Source of the DNA: the human T2T-CHM13v2.0 reference genome, Homo sapiens
Assembly: GCF_009914755.1 (NCBI RefSeq)
Contig: NC_060925.1
Strand: one strand, 5' to 3'
Length of the DNA: 64,000 bases
Made by a program: the position numbers and the translations under genes
Part shown: positions 50,740 through 64,000 of the stretch, piece by piece
How the letters are laid out: every line of letters starts with the position of its first letter
How positions within the stretch are numbered: the first letter of the stretch is position 1
The notes under the pieces: generated by a model
What the model saw: only the letters and a program-made list of their open reading frames with translations
What the model was told of the DNA's origin: nothing
Databases searched by the model: none

Positions 50740-51520
50740 TGCCCTAGGACCTCCAGCAGGATTCATTTATATCTCTAGCTCAGCCCTCGTCTTTGAGCTC
50801 TGGACTCTATCTCAGCCTATATGACAACTCTTTTTGGGTGTTCAAAGGTGGCTTAAAGTAAATATGTTATAAGCTCAATGCAGTGACTTTTCGTAACAAA
50901 CCTGTGCCTTCCATCTGCAGCGTTCCATTCTCAAGGAATGGCTCCACTATCCCTCCAGTTACTCTTTTCAGAGACTTGAGCATGACCCTTGATCCTCTCC
51001 ATTTTTTATTCTGCACATCCAAACCACCACCAAGTCCTATACTTTCTACTTCCTAAATATTCCTCAGATTCTATTGCTTCCCCTTTCCACGGTATCATCT
51101 GGACTGCTGTAACAGTCTTGTCACTAGTCTTTCAACCCAAGTTCTGACACATCCTCGCTAGCATCAGTAGAGGGCTTTCCCAAAAGCCCCATGCATCACC
51201 ATCACACTTCTGAGTCAAAACACCTTCAGTGGCTTTCCAGTGCTCTAAGGATAAAAGCTAACGTTTTGAGTGTTGCTTGTCAGGCTTCCCTGGCTCAATC
51301 CCGGCCTTCTGCCCTGACATTTCCTGTCAGCATTCTCTTCCTCACTCTCCAAGGAAGAGACCACACCATTCCCTTGGCTTCTCCACCATGCCATTCCATC
51401 ACATGCTGTTTTTCTGCTAGTCTCTATAGCCTAACGACAAAAAGACAGAGGCTGAACACTTGTTATCCGAGGGCCTAACAAGATACTTGGTCCCTGACAG
51501 GTGTTCAGTACACAGAATTA
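50740..51520 (+). mobile_element. L2 3' portion
   Basis: tttatatctctagc..., aaaacaccttcagtggctttcc...aggataaaag, gggcctaaca. Confidence 0.65.
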
Positions 51521-53097
51521 GATACATGGAAAGTGAGATGTGTTGAGATACAAGGCTGAGGCTTTAAGTAGGGTCATAGACTCTTCTAGCAAATTTATGT
51601 TCCAGCAGGATGGTCTTCTGAATAACTATCCCAATGAAAGCAACATAAAAAGCTGGATGAATTATGTCGAAACACCTTCCTATAAGAATTGCTGAGCTAG
51701 TAAGAAAGTAAGGATCTGCAGAAGCCAAACCGAAGTGAAAGCCAAGGCCTTGGGAGATAAGCAAAAGCCTTGGTCAGCTCCTGCCCTTGGCATGTCTGCC
51801 AAACCCTGTGGACTTTAAGCTTCTGTCTTGGTGGCTGCTGAGGGCTCAGAAATCAGGAGATAAAGCCACAAGCCCATCCAGCTTGAGCAAGCTAATAAAA
51901 CAGATTGCATAAAGCTAAGACTGCAGAGAGTTGTCTCTTCAGTAAAAGAATAAATGAAAAACAATACCACTTGATGATGTCCCCTACCAACTCACTCCAG
52001 TTTAATAATGAGAAAATCCAAATAGAGGGATATTCTACAAAATACTTGACCAGTGTTCTTCAAAAGTATCAAGGTTATCAAAACCAAGGAAAGTCTAAGA
52101 AACTGTCACAGCCAAGAGAAGCCCAAGGAGACATGTTGATAAAAGGTAGCATGGTTTCCTAAATAAGATCCTGGGACAGAAAAAGAATGTTAGGTAAAAA
52201 CTGAGGAAATATGAATAAATTGTGGACTTTAGTTCATAATAATCTATCAATATTGCTTTGTTAATTGTGACAAATGTACCATACAAATATAAGACGTTAT
52301 GAATAAAGGAAACTAGATGCAAAGTATATGGAACTCTCTGTACTTAACTGAAACTTTCCTGTAAATCTGTAACTATTCTACAATACAAAACTGTATTAAA
52401 ACTAAAATAAACCCACTATGCAGAAGGGAACAGCGAGAAAACTTACAAGTCTTAACTTGATATTTGGAGGAGTGGGAAAAATCTTCCCTGAGAATCATAA
52501 CCATTCATTTGAATTTGTGACTGAAATCCCCAGGCAGGAAATTTGATTTTAAATGGCATCCAGTTGGTAAAACTCCAAAGTGCCCAGCAGATACCAACAC
52601 AAATTTTCTCTGAAAGCATGCAATTTTGCCTGAGGCCTCAAATAATTTCCCCAGGTGAATTCTCAAGAAACATGAAGTTATCATCAAAAATTATAAAACA
52701 CATATGAAACAAAGTACTATAAGTGAAATCCAGCAGAAATAACAGCAGTATCAGAACACTAAATATTTCAGATATTAACATTATCATAGAATATAAAATC
52801 AGTGTGTTTAATATGCTTGCAGATATAAAAAGGAACCTTGAAAATAATGAGCAAAGAAAAAGAGACTATAACAAATGACCAAGCATGTTTTTAAAAAGAA
52901 CAAATAGAAGTTCAATTAAAAATATAACTAAAGTTAAAAACTCAGTGGAGACTCAAATAGTATACAGATTCAATGCAGCTGAAGGAGAAATTGGTGAATT
53001 GAAAGATTCAGAACATAGCCCTGGGAAACAAAAGATTTGAGACAGTATGAAATAAAGGATGAGATCTGAAGAATAAGGTAAGAAATTCTAATTTTTA

Positions 53098-53502
<405 letters not shown>

Positions 53503-55015
53503 TCAGTTCCAGAAGTTCTGGGAAATGCTAAGCAGGAATGTCAAATGAAATCTTCACCCAGACAAAGCAGAGTGAATCTGTAAAACACAAAAGACAAAAA
53601 GGAAAAAAAAAAAAACCAGCCAGATCAGAAATAGGCAAAATTGATCTATGAAGACAGATATGAAAGCAGTATTTATCTTTAGGGAGATGGGTAATGACTA
53701 AGGGAGGCTTCTAGAGTGCTGTAAGGTTTTGTTTTCATTTTTAAAAATTCAGGTGATGATTGCATGGGTGCATTTACTTTGTAAAAATTTAGTAGACTGT
53801 ATATTTATGATTCACGCACTTTAAAGTAAGAAATATTTATACTTTCAAAGAGAAAAGACAGATCACATTCAAAGGAATGATAATTAGACCAATGACTGGC
53901 TTTTTAGCAGTAACAGTAGAAGCCAGAAAACAGTAATATAATATCTTCAATGTGCTAAGAGAATGATTTGACTTCCACACCTCAAGAAATTATCTTTTGA
54001 GAATGAGGATGAAATAAGTATATTTCCAGATAAATGACTCTTATTAACAGATATTTAAAAGAATGTACATTTGGCAGAATAAAAATGATCTCAAAGAAGG
54101 AATGATGAGATATTATATTGGAAGTATGTAGGTAAATCTAAATAAAAACTGACTGAATAAAGTAAAAATAATATCTAAATCATGAGGTTACAAACAGCTA
54201 TAACTCAAAATACTAGACAAAAATAGTATATTAGCTGGAAAAGGAGTGGTGAGACTTAAAGCATTCTAAGGTTCTTAAATCATTTGTAAGGAAGATAAAG
54301 ATACTGATTAATTTTAGACACTGTTAAATTAAGTTTGCATATTAAAATATCTAGGATAAGCACTAAAAGAATAAACATATAAAAGTTTTCAAAATAGTAG
54401 AGGAAAAGCTCAATAATAATATTAACAGCACTTCAATCAATCCAAAAGATGGCAAGAAAGGAGAAAGAATAAGAAAGAGTGGAACAGATAAAAAGTACAA
54501 AATAAAATGAGAGAAATAAACCTATCAGCCATCACAATAAATATAAATTGATAAATGTTCCAGTTAAAAGGAAAAGATGCCAGGCTAGGTTTTTAAAGTC
54601 CAATTAAATGGTTTTTGTAAGTCCACAAAAATTGAAAGCAAAAACATGAAAAAAGATATACCAAGCAAATACTAGCAATAAAAAGCTGGTGAGACTATAT
54701 CAATATCAGATTAAGTACATGGTAAGGTAAAGCATTAACTAATATAAGGAAGATTGTAACACAATGATAAAAGCTTCAAATACATCAAATAAAAATCATA
54801 ATGAAATTAAAATTTAGAAATTATTGATAACAAAAATGCTATATATAAAAACTTGTGGGATGCAGCTAATTTAGTAATTAGAGTGAAGTTTATAGCTTTG
54901 AAATTTACATTAGAAAAGAAAAAAGGTTGAAAGAAATGAATTAGCTATGCCTCCAACTTAAGAAATGAGAAAAGAACACTAAATTAGCTCCCCTACCCCA
55001 TGATCCCCCACCAAC

Positions 55016-55018
<3 letters not shown>

Positions 55019-55052
<34 letters not shown>
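55019..55052. repeat. (CA)17 perfect microsatellite
   Basis: Directly visible. Confidence 0.95.
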
Positions 55053-55056
<4 letters not shown>

Positions 55057-55753
55057 AAGGAAAAGATTGATTACCAGAGAAAACCTAAAATAGAAAATTG
55101 GTATCTGATGAATCAACCTAAAGTCATGAATTTCCCCTCCTAGAACTTGTCTTGGGAGTTCACTATTCCATGCTAACAGTTGTGTAGCCCTTGCAGAGCA
55201 CAGGGCAGATATTAGAGTTATTGATCCTGCAGCAGACAGACTCAAATGCTAGGAAAGCCTACTGAGGAAGGTGGCTGTTGCGTGCCCCTCCTTCTCTAGC
55301 CCTGGCTAGTGAGGCAACGGCAAGTGTGACATCTCACTACTGAATGCGTTTCCTTGGCTTCATCAGGTGGCTAATTCTATGGTACCCAGAAGTATTTAAT
55401 GTGCCCTCTGGCAGTTGGCCCAAAGCATCTCCTGAATGTCTTCACTCTCAGTGGGAATTTTTAAAAATCAACAACAACAAGAACAATAAAAACAAAACAG
55501 TTCTGTACCAGGAAAGACAAGAGGAATGAAGGAGAAGTCATCATCCAAAGTGGTGAGTGTGGATGTTAAACAGAGACCCTTTTTAGAGGCCCAAGGTCAA
55601 CGATGAATCATTTGAACTCTCTGAAAAGACCATTTGTCAGGAAGACAGAAGCAATGTTCCCACCCCGGACAAAAAGAAAATGGAAACCAAAGTTCCAAGT
55701 CCAGAAGCCCTGCAGCTTCTATTGAGAAAGAATTGTTCTACCCAGGGACAGGC

Positions 55754-55767
55754 CCAGCAGATGGCAG
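55754..55767 (+). promoter_or_regulatory. CTCF core motif
   Basis: CCAGCAGATGGCAG matches CCASYAGRKGGCRS exactly; occupancy unknown. Confidence 0.5.
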
Positions 55768-56537
55768 CTTAGGCAGAGCCAGCAGGTACCCCCTTCCCTC
55801 CAACTTCAAGGGAGCATTGTGCCTCTTGTACTCATTCCAGCTATGAGCCTTTGCAGAATTCATTAAAGTATTTTAAAACCAGGAGAGAAAAATTAGCCCA
55901 TATGTTTAGACTAGCTATGCACACACAACCAAAAAATAAATAAATAAAAGCAGCAGGGAGAAGAGAACAAAACAACAAAATTAACTAAGCTTTGAGTGAG
56001 AGTCTAATAAACCTGACATTTTTAACAGGCACGTTGAAATTTCCCCCATGTGCTGGTGAAAATGATAATAATTGAATGCATAAAGGATAACAACCTATTA
56101 AAAATAGTGACAGTTACTAAAGTTGTTGAGAGTTTTCAAATTCATATTTCTGTTATAAATTCAAGGTCTGCGGCCTCTCCTCACATAGCTCACTGTGGCC
56201 TTGCCTCTGGTATGGCTGTGGAGAAGACTCTGGACACATGGAGGGAAGAGCCCACCAAATACCCCTGCTTGGGGGCCTAGGGCCACATGGCCCACAAGAG
56301 TTAGGATCCCTCAGGATTAGGCCCTCTTGGTTGTAGGGAGCACTTTCTATAGGAAAATCACCCTGTTCATGAGGCCCAGAAGCAGTCACATAGTTTCCTA
56401 TTTGTAGCCCAATGGATGCACTCTCTTCCCCTGCCCCACCTCAGTCCAGGACCTGAAGGAAATAGAAGATCATATGTTTTTTAATTGAGACAAAATTCAC
56501 AAAACATAAACTTACCCATTTTCAAGTGTACACACTT

Positions 56538-57050
56538 GATAGATGGATGGGTGAATAGATAGATGAATGGGTAAAGGAATAGGTGGGTGAGTAGGTAGGT
56601 GGAAGGATGGTTGTGTGGGTGGATAGATGAATGAATGGGTGGGTTGATGTGTGAATGGATGGATGGATAGATAGATGGATGGGTGAAGGGATGGATGGGT
56701 GAAGGGATGTGTGGGTGAAGGGACGGGTGGATGGGTGGGTGAGTGGGTGGGTGGGTGGAGGGATGTGTGGATGGTTGGGTAAATGGATGGGTGAATGGAT
56801 GGATGGATAGATAGATGGATGGGTGAAGGGATGGGTGGGTAAGGGATGGGTGGATGGGTGGGTGGATAAATGGATGGGTGGATAGATGGATGAATGGGTG
56901 GGTGGGCGGAGGGATGGGTGGGTGGATGGATGGATGGGTGGGTAGATGGATGGGTAAAAGGATAGGCAGATGGGTAGGTGAGTGGGTAGATGGATTGGTG
57001 AAGGGATGGTTGGATGGGTGAGTGGGTGGAGGTGGGGGGTTAGGTGTGTG
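56538..57050. repeat. Degenerate (TGGA/TGGG)n tandem repeat, about 510 bp
   Basis: Directly visible; source of the His/Pro-rich minus-strand ORFs. Confidence 0.95.
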
Positions 57051-57063
57051 AATATATTTGCTA

Positions 57064-57218
57064 AATGGAAGAGCACTGAACCTAAAGTTCTTAAACCAGC
57101 CTCCAGCCCCATCTTTGCCACAGGGTAGTTTTATGACACAAATTACTTCATCTCTGTGGGGCTTCATTTCCTCACATGAAAAACTAGGCCATTAGACTGG
57201 ATGGTTTCTTGTGATCCC
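57064..57218 (+). mobile_element. MIR/MIR3
   Basis: ggaagagcactgaac...tttcctcacatgaaaaa...ttagactggatgg. Confidence 0.6.
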
Positions 57219-59521
57219 AGGAGACCCTTCTCCTCAATACTCTCTTGGGATAGAGGAGAATCCTGGCTAACTGATGTTACAGGTAATACCACCCAGAGGC
57301 AGAGAAATGGACAAGCTGATTTATGGATGAACTCACCTCTATTATTGCTTCCCAATTTGAGTTGGGTTCACCAAGGACTTTCTTTTTTATCTCACTGAGT
57401 ACTGCATCCTCTTATACCTACTTTCCATTACATCCCAGCCTTTCCGCCCTCATTGACATACAATGTCTTTTAGGGATTCTGCCTCAGTTGTCTCCACCAT
57501 AAGTTGCATTTTTTCCAAATTCACTTTTCTTCCTCTTGCAAAGCAATTGAACCCATAAGGCTAGACCCTGAGTAGAAAGGCCCACCTTCCTAACAGCCTG
57601 CATTCCTCAGTAGGCCAGCACAGCTCCCAGAACTGGCTGCCAGCAGAGGACATTTCCCCCTCCACTCACAATTCCCACCAATATCATGCACTTGTGGGTT
57701 ATTTTATCAACAAACTTTCAGCAAGTGCCATGAAAATTAAAAAATGATTTGTTGGTATTGATATCCTTAAAATAAATTGCAAGCCAAGCTGAATAATACC
57801 AGAGGTCAGGGAAGGGTAGGGCTATCAAGAAAAACAGAAAACATTTTTTTCATGAAAGGTGAGGAGGAAGCTTTTTGCACTATCCCAGAAGAAAAGTCCA
57901 TGTGGCACTGGCAGGAGGGGAGAAGGCCACTAGGCACTGGACCGAGCCCCACTGACGTGGACGATCACATCGGTATGGAGAAAAGAAACTCTGAGGATCT
58001 TCCCACTGCTTTCTCCCTGATAATGAAGAGTAAAAAGAGTAATTAAGTTAGGCCTGGTAATCTGATCCATTACTATGCATCTTCCCCAAATCAGGGGTCT
58101 GGGTATGTTGCGCACTGAGCTGGCCTCATGGGTCTCCACGACAGTAACAAGATGGAGGTGGTAACCACTTTTGCCTCAAGGCATTTTCTTGACAGTTCTC
58201 CCCGCTGTGGCCTGCGGATAAGCTCCTTGAAGGATTCTCACTCAGATGACTCCCTAAGAGACTCTCCAGGATGGAGTCTTATCCTCATAGTCAAAGCCAC
58301 CAAACGAAGGCCCTGCCTAGCCACCATGTCACCTAGTCAACACAGTCAGTTTGATTACAGAGGCAGCCCACCTGATGCTTGAGAGCCAGGGTTGCCTGGA
58401 TTGGCCAGGTCTGTGTACACTAGCTCAAGTTTATGTACCTCTCTGAGCCTAGGAATTCTCATCTTTGAATTTGAATGATCTCATTTGTCTTCTGCGGTTG
58501 AAAAAAACTGTGTGAAAGCAGCAGCACGTTGGACACATAAATGCTTAATAAATGTGCATTTCTTCCTCATAGTTAAGTGCAAATTCAGAAGTCTCTTCCC
58601 AGGGAAGTCTCCTGGGTGCTCAAGGGTGGTGATGGGAGGCCCAGCAGCAGACTCTATCTGGAAAGATGGGAGAGGGAGCCTTGAGCACTGGAGTATGCAG
58701 CAGGCTTGCATTGAGAGTGGGTCTTCCCACTCTCACACCATGGACATGCTTCCCTGTTACTTCTTAGGAAATTAGCGTGTGATCGTCTGCTAGTGACTTA
58801 TCCCTTTGAGTGGACTTCAAGTCCATGTGCTCCTCCTTCTCCCAGAAAGCTTACCTCCCTCTCCTTGTTGTTGCGTCAGGATTCATATTCTGTTAGAGAA
58901 ACTTCAGGCTTTCTGGAAAAGCAGATACGGAGTAAGGGGTCCTTCCCAGAGCTGCAAAAGTCATACCAAAAAATAAGCTTCCTATTGTGCTTGTGGTCAC
59001 AGCCAGCCAGTTGTGCAGGCTATGTTAGGTGGTATTAGCAAGCAGAGATGGAGAAAGAGCATAACAGCCACACTGCCTGGCTTAGCAAGGGGCTCAGCCC
59101 CTCACCTCTCCTAACCTGATAACCTGACCCAAGCTTCCCACAAAGATGAGAGGATATACAGAGCTCTGAAAATTCTCCACATGCCCTCAGACATTAGGGT
59201 CCCAAACCCCTAGTAGCAGCCCACCTGGTTGTGTGGAAAAAGAACCAGATTGGTCATAAGAAGCTTTGACCTTTGTGACTTTGGGGAAATTACTCTACCT
59301 CTCTGGGCCTCTTACTCATCTCTAAAGTGAGAGGATTGGTTTGGCCAATCTTTGAAGCACCTTGTGGATTAAGATAATCCGACTCTACTTTGAGGGTATT
59401 CACTGTTGGAAATATCAACTTCTTGTACACTCTTCTCAAGCTGATATAAATCAGTTACTCTGGCCCACAAATTGTGACCAGTGAATTATAGTGAGTCAGA
59501 TGGGCCCCAGAATTAGGAAGC

Positions 59522-59960
59522 TTATTCATTTATTCAATAACTACTTATTGAGCACCTGTTATATGCTAGACACTCCTCTAGATGCAACAAAATTGATGAA
59601 GTTCTTGCCCACACAGAGCTTACAGTCTGATGGAGAAGACTAGGAATAAGCAAATATGTAAATATGATGGATCTGCCGGTAAAACAAAACAAAACAAAAA
59701 AACAAACACACACACACACACACACAAACCAACAACAACAAAAAAAAACACTATGGAGAAAACTAAGCAGGGTAAGGATACTCATTGTTCTGAGTATCCT
59801 GGGTGGTGGTAGGAGGTCTGTCTTATATGGGTAGTCAGGGAAGACCTCTCTGATAAAGAGACATTTGAGCAGAGAACTGAAGGAAGGAAGGGGGAGATGT
59901 TATGGGAAGAAATTAGATAGGGAAGAAAAATAAAAAGTCCAAATTCTCTTGGTAAGCTGT
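59522..59960 (-). mobile_element. L2a 3' end with an internal A/CA-rich microsatellite
   Basis: ttattcatttattcaataactacttattgagcacctg...gagcttacagtct...gtagtcagggaagacctctctga...acatttgagcagag. Confidence 0.85.
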
Positions 59961-60104
59961 ACCTCAGACAAGTGGTGTTTTTGTCTTTTGAAAGAGGCAA
60001 TGCAAGTTTTAAGCTTAGTTTTGAATCCTCTCTAGGAGTAGTGTTGGAAAGGATCCTGACATGGCCATCTTGCTAACCCTTCTCCTGCCTTCCCGTATCC
60101 TGGC

Positions 60105-60280
60105 TTTGGAGTCTGACTAACCTGAATCACGGGCTCTGTCACTTATTATCCATTTGACTTTGAACAAGTGACTAGCCTTTCTAAGTCATAATTCTGTCAA
60201 CTGTATAACAAAAAATAATGCCTACTTCCTAGGGCTGTAGAGAGGATTACGTGAGCTAATGCATTCCAGGTTTACAAAGT
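60105..60280 (+). mobile_element. MIR
   Basis: ggctttggagtctgac...tgactttgaacaagt...agggctgtagagaggatta. Confidence 0.75.
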
Positions 60281-61264
60281 TCATACCGCCCTTTCCCACT
60301 TCTCAGGCAGGAATGCTCTCCTGGGGTCTCCAATCTCCTCAGGGAGGGTGAATGCCTTGGTTACAGGTCCGGGTCTCAGAGACCTACAGGTTTTCCAAGG
60401 GGCAAAACCACTTTTGGCCTGAAATGCTTTCCTCTCATCTCCAGCAACAATCCCAGCAGCACAGGACAGCTTCCTCCACAAGCAGAAACTGGGCAAGGCT
60501 TTTGCAAAGATCTGAGCCTGGCAGAGCCATCTGGAAGCCCAGAAGAGGAGAACACTTGGACCTGCAACTCAGCTGTGACCACCCGGCAGCTTAGCAGAGC
60601 TCCATGGCTGGGGACAGGCTTGGGAGCTGCCTACAAATTTGATGGTACAAGAAGCAGTTTAAAGTTTTATTTTACAAAACAGAATAAATTAAAAATGCAT
60701 TAGGAATGAGGCCTTACTTAATGACAGGGTGTGCTAATGGGCTTGGAGCCTGCAATCCCTCCTCCTTTAAGCTCTTAACGACTGAGCTTTAATGTATTTT
60801 ATTTCTTGAAAAACAATCCCACAAGCGCTCGGTACAGTCAAAAAAAATTTCTAAAATCATTAGACCACTACACAGTAAATATTCATCACAACCACAGCTC
60901 CCACCTGCTTGCAATGAGGCATTGATTTTCTCTTTGCCTTGTTTTGCTCTCTCTTGCTTTTCATTCTCTTCTCTTCTCCCATCTCTCTACCTCCTCCCCG
61001 CAGATTCTCATTGGGAGTTCAAGCAAGGCTTGGCAGAGCCTTCTGTAAGATATATTTTCAAAAGGAGTAGAAGAATCTTTGTCAATATTTAGTCCAATGG
61101 AACCAACTCACTGCCAGCTGCAGGGCCTCCCAGTCTGATTTTTGGAGGGCAAGTAACATTGTTTGCCCTGAGAATCCATTCCCATTCCTCAACTGATATC
61201 CGAAATTCTACCGTCAGGACTGCATGATCACACCGTAGGAAAATTATTAATTTGGCCATTCAGA

Positions 61265-62600
61265 AATCTAGAATCCACTTCTAGCCCATCTAGTGTCACT
61301 GTGTAACCTTGGGCAAGTAATATCACTGCTATAACCCTTGGAATTGTCATCTATAAAATGGCAATTTTGGATAAATTGTCCCCTAGTTGATACTTTGATC
61401 TCCTTAGCAGATGAGTTGGGTTTCAATCACACTCTGGCTAGTTACTAGCTATGTAACCATGGGCAAGTTGCTTAACTTTTGAAGTCTATTTTGCTTATTT
61501 TACAAAATATATATATGCATGTGTTTGTATAAAACATATATATGAAGAGGATGTTTGAAATTTAAGATATATACCACATGTAGAGGACTCAGCAAAGTGC
61601 CCAGAACATAGTAGGACTAAAAAAAAAAATTAATGTTATCTTGCCTGCACCTGTAGTCATTCTTGTCCTCTTGCTGTATGCACAGGAGCTGAGTCCTGTG
61701 CTACAAAGAGTTGAAGAGCATAGACATCCTGGAGCAGCAGTGGCTGCTCACAGAATGGGAAGAGGGGGTGTGAAGATAAACTTCCTACATGGCATCTGGG
61801 CCCGTGTCCCCAGATCTAGAGGAAATGGGAGTGGCTGTGCATTTTCAGGTGAATGTATTAACAGGGAAAAAGGGGTTTCCCAGATGAGAGTCACCAAACA
61901 CCCACTTTCTTATATCCACACCCCTGCCACTCCCTTATTTGACCTCCAAAATCTTGTGAGGTGGAGAAGAGTTATTATATCCCCAATTTACAGATGAGTA
62001 AACTGAAGTCCAAAGAGGTTTAACCTGAGGTTACATTGATACTAAGTGGCAGAACAAGGTCACAAATCCAAACCCACTGATTCCACATCCAAAGATATTA
62101 ACCAAATTTCTCTTTATGCATAGCTCTTTAAGAACACAGCTATGACAGTGAGGCAGATCATCACAAGCATCATGCCAAACAGAGGGTGCATTCTTAAACA
62201 TTCTGTGTGTAATAGCTACCACTGCAAAGTGGATCACGATTTTTGGTAGTTTCTCAATTCCGCCAGGTGCCATCAATAAATAGGCATTAGCAATGTAAGT
62301 TTTCAGAATTCAGCTGAGCTCCCAGCTAAGTGAGAAATCCTAGGGCAAGAGGCAGCAACTCTGTTCTGAATTGTATATTTCTTCCTCTTCATGATCTATA
62401 AACATTGGTCTAACTTACTGTTAAAAAGAAAGGTTTATAGAGAGCTAATGACATGCCAGGCACTCTGATAAGGGTTTATCATGCATGATCTCAATCCTTG
62501 AAACAATTCTACAAGGTGGGGCAACATCATGCCCATTTTATAGAGGCATGAATGGAAAGTGCTTCTAGGTCAAGTAACATAACCAAGGTCACACAGATAA
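61265..62600. mobile_element. Cluster of MIR fragments (+ about 61265-61640; - about 61930-62090 and 62445-62600)
   Basis: tgtgtaaccttgggcaagt; ctagctatgtaaccatgggcaagttgcttaac; ccccaatttacagatgagtaaactgaag; cccattttatagagg. Confidence 0.7.
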
Positions 62601-62668
62601 TAAAACATTTACAACTGGCTTCTCCCTTGATTTCCTTGCTATAGAGATTAGAAAGCTAAAATATTGCA

Positions 62669-62932
62669 TTTTTTTTTTAGACGGAATCTCGCTCTGTCAC
62701 CCAGGCTGGAGTGCAGTGGCGTGTGTGATATTGGCTCACGACAAGCTCCACCTCCTGGGTTCACACCATTCTCCTGCCTCAGCCTCCCGAGTAGCTGGGA
62801 CTACAGGTGCCCACCACCATGCCTGGCTAATTTTTTTGTATTTTTTGTAGAGATGGGGTTTCACCATTTTAGCCAGGATGGTCTTGATCTCCTGACCTTG
62901 TGATCCGCCCGCCTCGGCTTCCTTCCCAAAGT
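62669..62932 (-). mobile_element. AluY, 5'-truncated by about 35 nt
   Basis: Y-type positions; stops at cccaaagt; TSD taaaatattg at 62657-62666 and 62934-62943. Confidence 0.88.
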
Positions 62933-63039
62933 ATAAAATATTGTTTTTTATACTTTCTCTTGCAATAAGAAAGTCTGGTCAATAAGAGGTAAGTCAAAGT
63001 TTCTAGGTGAATCTCCTGGAACAATTTTTTTAAGAGACA

Positions 63040-63319
63040 GACTCATCTTCCATGCTCTTTGCCTATTCTTCCTGCCTGAAATGTGAACATGAAGCCTGGA
63101 ACTCTAGCATCCATTTTATAACTCCGAGGATGGAAACCACATGATACCAAGACATAGCAGGAAGGAAAAAGGAACTTGGGCTCATAATGGCATTCCTGAG
63201 GAGATTCACAGCCTTAAACTGCCTAGCTCTGAACTTAGATGAGGAAAAATTAATCCCTGATAGCTCACGAAACTTTTGTTTTCTCTTATTTGGAACTATG
63301 CCTAATCCTAATTGATACA
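63040..63319 (+). mobile_element. Old MLT1 LTR 3' part
   Basis: cttcctgcctgaaatgtgaacatga..cctgga...atcctaattgataca. Confidence 0.65.
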
Positions 63320-63324
63320 TATGG

Positions 63325-63678
63325 TGATACTATTGTAATTTTTACTGTTATGGTTTCTTCTGGTTTGTTCTTGAGGTCTCTCTGTTAAGAGTATCCATAA
63401 GCCAAGACAGCCACTCTCCAAGAAAGCCCTAATTTGGGTAGAGGGGGAGGTGGAGTTACATTCAGTTGGGTTTGTCAGGTGAGCCACAATGAGGACATAA
63501 AACCAAAATGCATAAAACAGGAGAAATGTACAACTCACAGGTCCCCAAGAAGTTAGGGGTGCTGACTGGGGAACTGCTGGGAAGTCTGAAGGCAGCAGGA
63601 AGCTCAACCAGTGGACGGACAGTGAGAGGGAGTGAGGAAGTGAGAGAGGGAGAAAGGTGGAAGGAGGGGGAGAGAGAT

Positions 63679-63727
<49 letters not shown>

Positions 63728-64000
63728 CTGTGGGACTACGCCTTTATTAATGTCCATGGGCATTATTCCTTAGGCTTTCCTGTGGGGGTTGCATATTGAT
63801 TTGTTTTTTTTTTTTTAAAAGCACATGCATACGAGAGAACTTATTATTTACATGACTCTGGTGTTGATCACTAGGTTGTATCTTGGCCAGCAGCTGTGGG
63901 GTGTATCTGGCTTTCCATCTTTGAAAGGAGGAACAAACAGGCTGTGTTGAAACAACCACACAGGGAAGGGGAGCTTTAACCTGACCAAAGGCAACAAGGC
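63325..64000 (-). mobile_element. Probable LTR (unclassified), runs off the window; contains (GA)n at 63670-63725
   Basis: tg start; minus-strand AATAAA (ctttatt, about 63741-63747) followed by a CT-rich tract, a typical LTR R/U5 layout; family not recognised with confidence. Confidence 0.4.

Noticed and set aside
56481-57167. Longest ORFs (228 aa and 199 aa, His/Pro/Ser/Thr-rich)
   Set aside because: Translations of the (TCCA/CCCA)n repeat, which lacks stop codons by composition; no domain or splice context
58731-58750. Partial REST/RE1-like motif ctcacaccatggacatgc
   Set aside because: Gap and mismatches in the core positions

Overview
Human non-coding genomic DNA; a human-specific AluYa5 insertion identifies the species. 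I find no supportable protein-coding gene, rRNA, tRNA, CRISPR array or CpG island. The ORF track is consistent with chance, repeat-derived or microsatellite-derived ORFs. Much of the window is recognisable interspersed repeat: many MIR and L2 relics, about a dozen MaLR/ERVL solo LTRs, old L1M fragments, six Alus plus a FAM monomer, and hAT/mariner MITEs (MER33, MER63, MER20, MER58A, MER1B, MER102-like, MADE2), several with visible target-site duplications (TSDs). The unique stretches between them contain homeobox-motif-rich islands that look like enhancers. I did not find a convincing new biological system. The best unexplained signals are: (i) a 78-nt, CpG-retaining hairpin in unique sequence at 26038-26115, whose non-Watson-Crick stem pairs are all G-U on the + strand; (ii) two short local direct duplications (about 109 bp and 144 bp, 1.5-1.8 kb apart), whose upstream copies both abut a MIR end and show microhomology; (iii) a tailless FAM retrocopy with TSDs; and (iv) a triplicated MLT2 LTR terminus with fold-back palindromes. 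Repeat family names come from recalled consensus sequences, not a database search. Boundaries of old repeats are approximate (tens of bp).
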